A stretch of 64,000 nt of DNA from Oikopleura dioica. Taxonomy: Eukaryota > Animalia > Chordata. This document shows, piece by piece, positions 60,180 to 64,000 of the stretch. The notes beneath the pieces are model-generated. The model was not told the origin of the DNA, searched no databases, and saw only the letters and a program-made list of their open reading frames with translations. The position numbers were made by a program, and so were the translations under genes. How positions within the stretch are numbered: the first letter of the stretch is position 1; the number at the start of each line of letters is the position of its first letter. The DNA lies in NCBI GenBank assembly GCA_907165135.1, contig OU015567.1, positions 10,974,001 to 11,038,000 on the forward strand, read 5' to 3'.

Positions 60180-63100
60180 TTATTTGCTCAACCCTCTTGC
60201 GGGCACTTTTAAATTATTGAACGAGAAATAAACTCGTTGATGCCTGTGAAACATTCTTTTAGTGGAACGTTGCTTTAGAAAGGGCCCGCTGTTTGAATCG
60301 CTTTTGCACCTGTGGATTTCGTTCCTGTAGTATTTTAGCGTCTCGTACTCGATCTCCGCCGGGGTTGCGCTGCAGCTGGCTTCTTCGCTATCGTCGGACT
60401 TATCCGCGCCTTGTGTAAAAAAGATTAAAAACAGGCGCTAGAACTCACCGTCTAGATTTTAATTGGCTTATAAGAATTTCCAAGAACTCCGAAAATCAAA
60501 AACCTCAAAGTTATCTTGAGAATGAGACGTTCTAAAATGAAGCTTCACCGGCTTTATGAAGGGTAAACCCGCTTTGCGTCATTTTAGCAATAAAATAATT
60601 TCGAAAGCATAATATGATAAGAAAAGATAGAATCTTATCATTACAAATTCAATATCGCCGTATGTTTACGAAACTCGCTTTTACGAAAAATGAAGTACTT
60701 ACATAATTGCTTGACAAGAATCTTGCGGATGATATTTATGATCAGCTCGACAAAGCCGAAAAAGGTCGCAGCCGAAATCCCCAAAAACAGGCCGAAGCAT
60801 CCTCCGAATGAAGTGACAATAAACTATTACGCGCTATAATACATCCCCTTTGCTCTAAGCTTAATTATTACTAATAGGTTATAACTATAGGGCCTTATAA
60901 CTAAGGGCCTATATTTTAGGGGTGCGGTAAGTTCATATTATATATAATCATTCAATTTATATGTCACTCGAGCCTCCAATGTCTGATAAATATCTGATGA
61001 ATGGGTACTCAGCATACTCTGCAGAAGTGTTTCGTTTTTGTTTCGAAACGTAAAGTATGAAATCATCGTCTGAAATTCGGAACACTTTTCCTTTGATCAT
61101 CAACTCGTTCGTTTCCATCGTAATTAATATCGAAGCAATGTCTTTCCAACGGTTCAAATTTGATTGCAGGTGAGTCAATAAGACAATTATAATTGTTGTT
61201 TTGAACAATTCCTACGTTGACTTCAGTATCGGTCGTAGTATTTATCCACTAATAAGATATAATCGTTTGATTGAAGAACACAAACAGATTTTGTTTTTAT
61301 CTCACCTTGTGCCCGTATTGAATCTGTTTGGAATGAGGCGTTGAATGATAGCAGTCCTTTTCTCTCCCGTTGATAAAACATAGACTTACTCAATTGAATG
61401 CAAGGAAGTACCGTTAAATTTAAGTTAAGGGCTTAAGTATCTCGCAAGTTTTAGTTGAAATAATTAATTGCTACCTGTCTGTTTGGTCCAGGGGTCTAAA
61501 TTCGCAGTGCGAATTCGCTTTATTGCGAAGCGATGCGAAGCGAAGCGAATTCGCTTTCGCTTCGCTTCGCACTGGAGAGCAGAATTCGCTTCGCTTTCGC
61601 TTCGCAAAAATTCCCAAATTTTCGCATAGATTTTCGCACATCAAGCGACTTTGCTTGATCAGAATGATCTTTATCAACAGGGCTTATCTAGAATCGAAGA
61701 TGATCTCCTCTCCTATCGAGCAAGGGTGACCATTCGGGCAAGAAATCGTCGATTGGCCATCCGAATGCCCGGCCGAAATGAAGGGCCAAGAGTCGCACCG
61801 TGCGAATGCCCGGTCGAGTTGGTGATGGGATTTTCAATAGATAAAGGTTTGAAAAATAAGTTTCGAGAGGCTTTTGATTCAGTAAGAGGAGCAAGAGAGC
61901 AAAAATAAGTGTAAAGAATGCGAAATTTAAGAATTTTCCTCGGCGCGGGCTAGACTGAAATGCCCGAAAGCGCTGAATTCCCCGAAAGTGCCGAACTTGC
62001 CAAAATGCCCGCTTTTGCCCGGCCAAATTTAAGGGGCTGAGAATGCCCGGCAGAACACATTTTGCCCGGAAATTGTCCGTTTTCCCCGACTTCCCGATGC
62101 CCGAACGGTCACCTCCGCTATCGAGTTTGTTACTAACTTGGAATTATCAACAGTTAGATCCACCATTCGGCTTATATTGACGAGCTGAAAAAGGTACAAT
62201 AACAGATTTTTTTGTTATTTTCTGCTTCAAAAATAGGTTTTTGAAATCATCTTTGCTTTTGAGTGGCTGATTGTTAAAGATTCTTGCCGAGAATGCGTTT
62301 CAATTCAAGCGAAAAAATTTTCGCTTTTTTTCGCAATTTTCAATGATATTTCGCTTCGCTTTCGCTTCGCACATGGGCGAAGAATTCGCTTCGCTTTCGC
62401 TTCGCAAAAAATTTGAAAAAATGGTTCGCTTTCGCTTCGCTTTCGCACTAGGATTTCGGCTGATATTTAGACCCCTGTTTGGTCAATAATGTTAAGTTCT
62501 TGTTTGTACAAGTTTGTACTTAGGAGAGCATTTATCAATGATCATGGATCGTTTTGAATTCCGGTTGATATTTTAGCCATCAAATTGATCAAAAATTGTT
62601 ATAAAATTTAGAATTCGTTCTGTTAGTGATTTTTAATTGCCGAAAATGGATGAAACTGGCAATTTTTCTTGGCGATTCTATGATGCACCAATTAATGGCT
62701 CTTTTATAATTATTAGTAAATTATATTTCACTACACAAGTGATCTTCTTATCAACAGCTCCTTATCGCACTTACAATTCACCCGGTCAACCTTCGATTTG
62801 AACGCCAGCAACTCTCGTTTTACGCAGCTTATGTGGTCTGTTCTTTGAGGTTTTCATAATGATTATTTACGAATTAATAACGAAAGTGAAAATTCGCGGA
62901 GTTTCAGATTGCTTTTTCAATAAATTTGGCAAAATTGGATCTACGCACTGCGAAAGCATTAGAGCTAGAATTTTGATAAATATTGCTTTCTCACGCGGAG
63001 GCAGAAAATGAGTTCTGTTTCTTGGGGTAGATTTTAAATTTTCTAATTTCATATCTCGTCCACGTGCGGAACCAAACTAACTCGATTTTGATGTTTTTCA

Positions 63101-63480
63101 AGCTTTTTACAGTCTCAAACCAAATCATTATTATCACGAGAATCACCCTCTAAAGTTTAGAGTCTAAACTTTATAATCTAATGCATACATTCTAACTAAC
63201 ACTCTAAGCAAGAAATTTTGATAAAATTCTTTCGCATAATTTTGTTTTGTTCTAGTTCGCGGTATTTAGTAGTAACCTCGACGAAAAGAGAGCAGTTGCG
63301 ATAGAGGCCGTCAGGTATTTTATCCGGGAAGAATGGAGCTAAGAATGTCCTCGAGTGAAAAATACTTTCTTCTGGAAATTTGAGTACTTTACCTTTACAG
63401 TTGCACAGAGCAAGTGTCCTTTTTGATGGTGAACACAGTTTATCTAATTTCTGTGAAAATTTTATGTTTTGAACCATCAA
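60180..63480 (-). CDS. ENaC/degenerin/ASIC-family amiloride-sensitive channel (3' part; 5' end may lie beyond 63480)
   Basis: Spliced reading LPCIQLRL...DIASILITMETNELMIK|EYAEYPFIRYLSDIG|GCFGLFLGISAATFFGFVELII matches the family pre-TM2/TM2 signature (LxDIGGxxGLFxGxS). Cytoplasmic tail exons at 60490-60180. Confidence 0.85.
61489..62477. mobile_element. 989-bp hAT/P-like MITE with TTCGC subterminal repeats, inserted in an ENaC exon
   Basis: 13-bp TIR CAGGGGTCTAAAT / ATTTAGACCCCTG; 7-bp TSD TTTGGTC (61482-61488 and 62478-62484), or 8 bp if the terminal G is assigned to the target. Confidence 0.9.
61721..62117. mobile_element. 397-bp hAT-type MITE nested in the 989-bp element
   Basis: 8-bp TSD CTATCGAG (61713-61720 and 62118-62125); inverted GGTGACC(A/G)TTCGGGCA near both ends; internal TGCCCG repeats. 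Confidence 0.85.
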
Positions 63481-64000
63481 CCTGTTGATTGAGCACTCAT
63501 TTATACAATGTTCTTAACTCCAGTTTAAAATTGCCTTCAAGAAGCTTAGTTCTTAAGGCCGTTAATAAATTCTCAAAAACAAACTCTCCATTTGACCATT
63601 TTAAACAAGTCCCTTCAGTGTAGTTATCAAAGAATGCCAATTTTCCCTTTTTTGTGCAGTTGGAGAACGGACTTCCAAGTTTTGTCGTTGTTTGCTATAC
63701 TTTGTTCTAGCTTAGCAACTTCTCGGTGATTGATTTGGTTAAAATTCAAGTGCGTAGTTTTGACTCAAAACTAGACAATTCCCGTTTACCCTACTGTTTT
63801 ATGTAACGATACTTGTGATAAAGAGAGACTGAAGCTCAGCAATTTCCACCAAAAATAATTAGACTGGAATATTTTTACACTCCAAATACATAATAATTGC
63901 TGGAACAATTTCCTGGTGAAGTTTCACGATCGGAATCGACTTTGACGAAACTTGTAGTGACTAGAGACAGAAGTAAATGAGAAATAATAACTTGTTAATA

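Noticed and set aside
61142-61211. Possible additional 70-nt GA-AG intron with a weak terminal stem in the ENaC gene
   Set aside because: A single canonical GT-AG intron from the GTGAGA donor (~61294) to the same acceptor gives an in-frame join more simply.

Overview
Compact, AT-rich eukaryotic DNA with many 32-65 nt introns, several G(A/C/G)-AG non-canonical introns and dense non-autonomous DNA transposons. I infer an appendicularian tunicate, most likely Oikopleura dioica. Most short ORFs in the track are single exons or antisense shadows. Genes I can support: (1) a tandem pair of 4-exon secreted ~680-aa proteins (8-Cys module, SEA-like segments, furin sites, coiled-coil tail; oikosin/mucin-like); (2) a divergently transcribed GALNT7-type polypeptide GalNAc-transferase; (3) a multi-pass membrane protein; (4) a galactose-3-O-sulfotransferase family gene; (5) a Thr-rich protein with galaxin-like di-Cys repeats; (6) an ENaC/DEG/ASIC-family channel; plus several unidentified exon sets. 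Main discovery candidate: three DNA transposons (1.9-kb foldback, 4.0-kb hAT-like composite, 1.0-kb hAT/P-like MITE) sit inside coding exons. Each is positioned so that it plus one target-site copy can be removed exactly as a GG-AG or GC-AG intron on the host strand. Three short non-canonical introns (72-172 nt) retain decayed terminal inverted repeats, two of them with target-site-like repeats. Together these look like an age series of transposon-to-intron conversion. Splicing is inferred from sequence only and needs RNA data.
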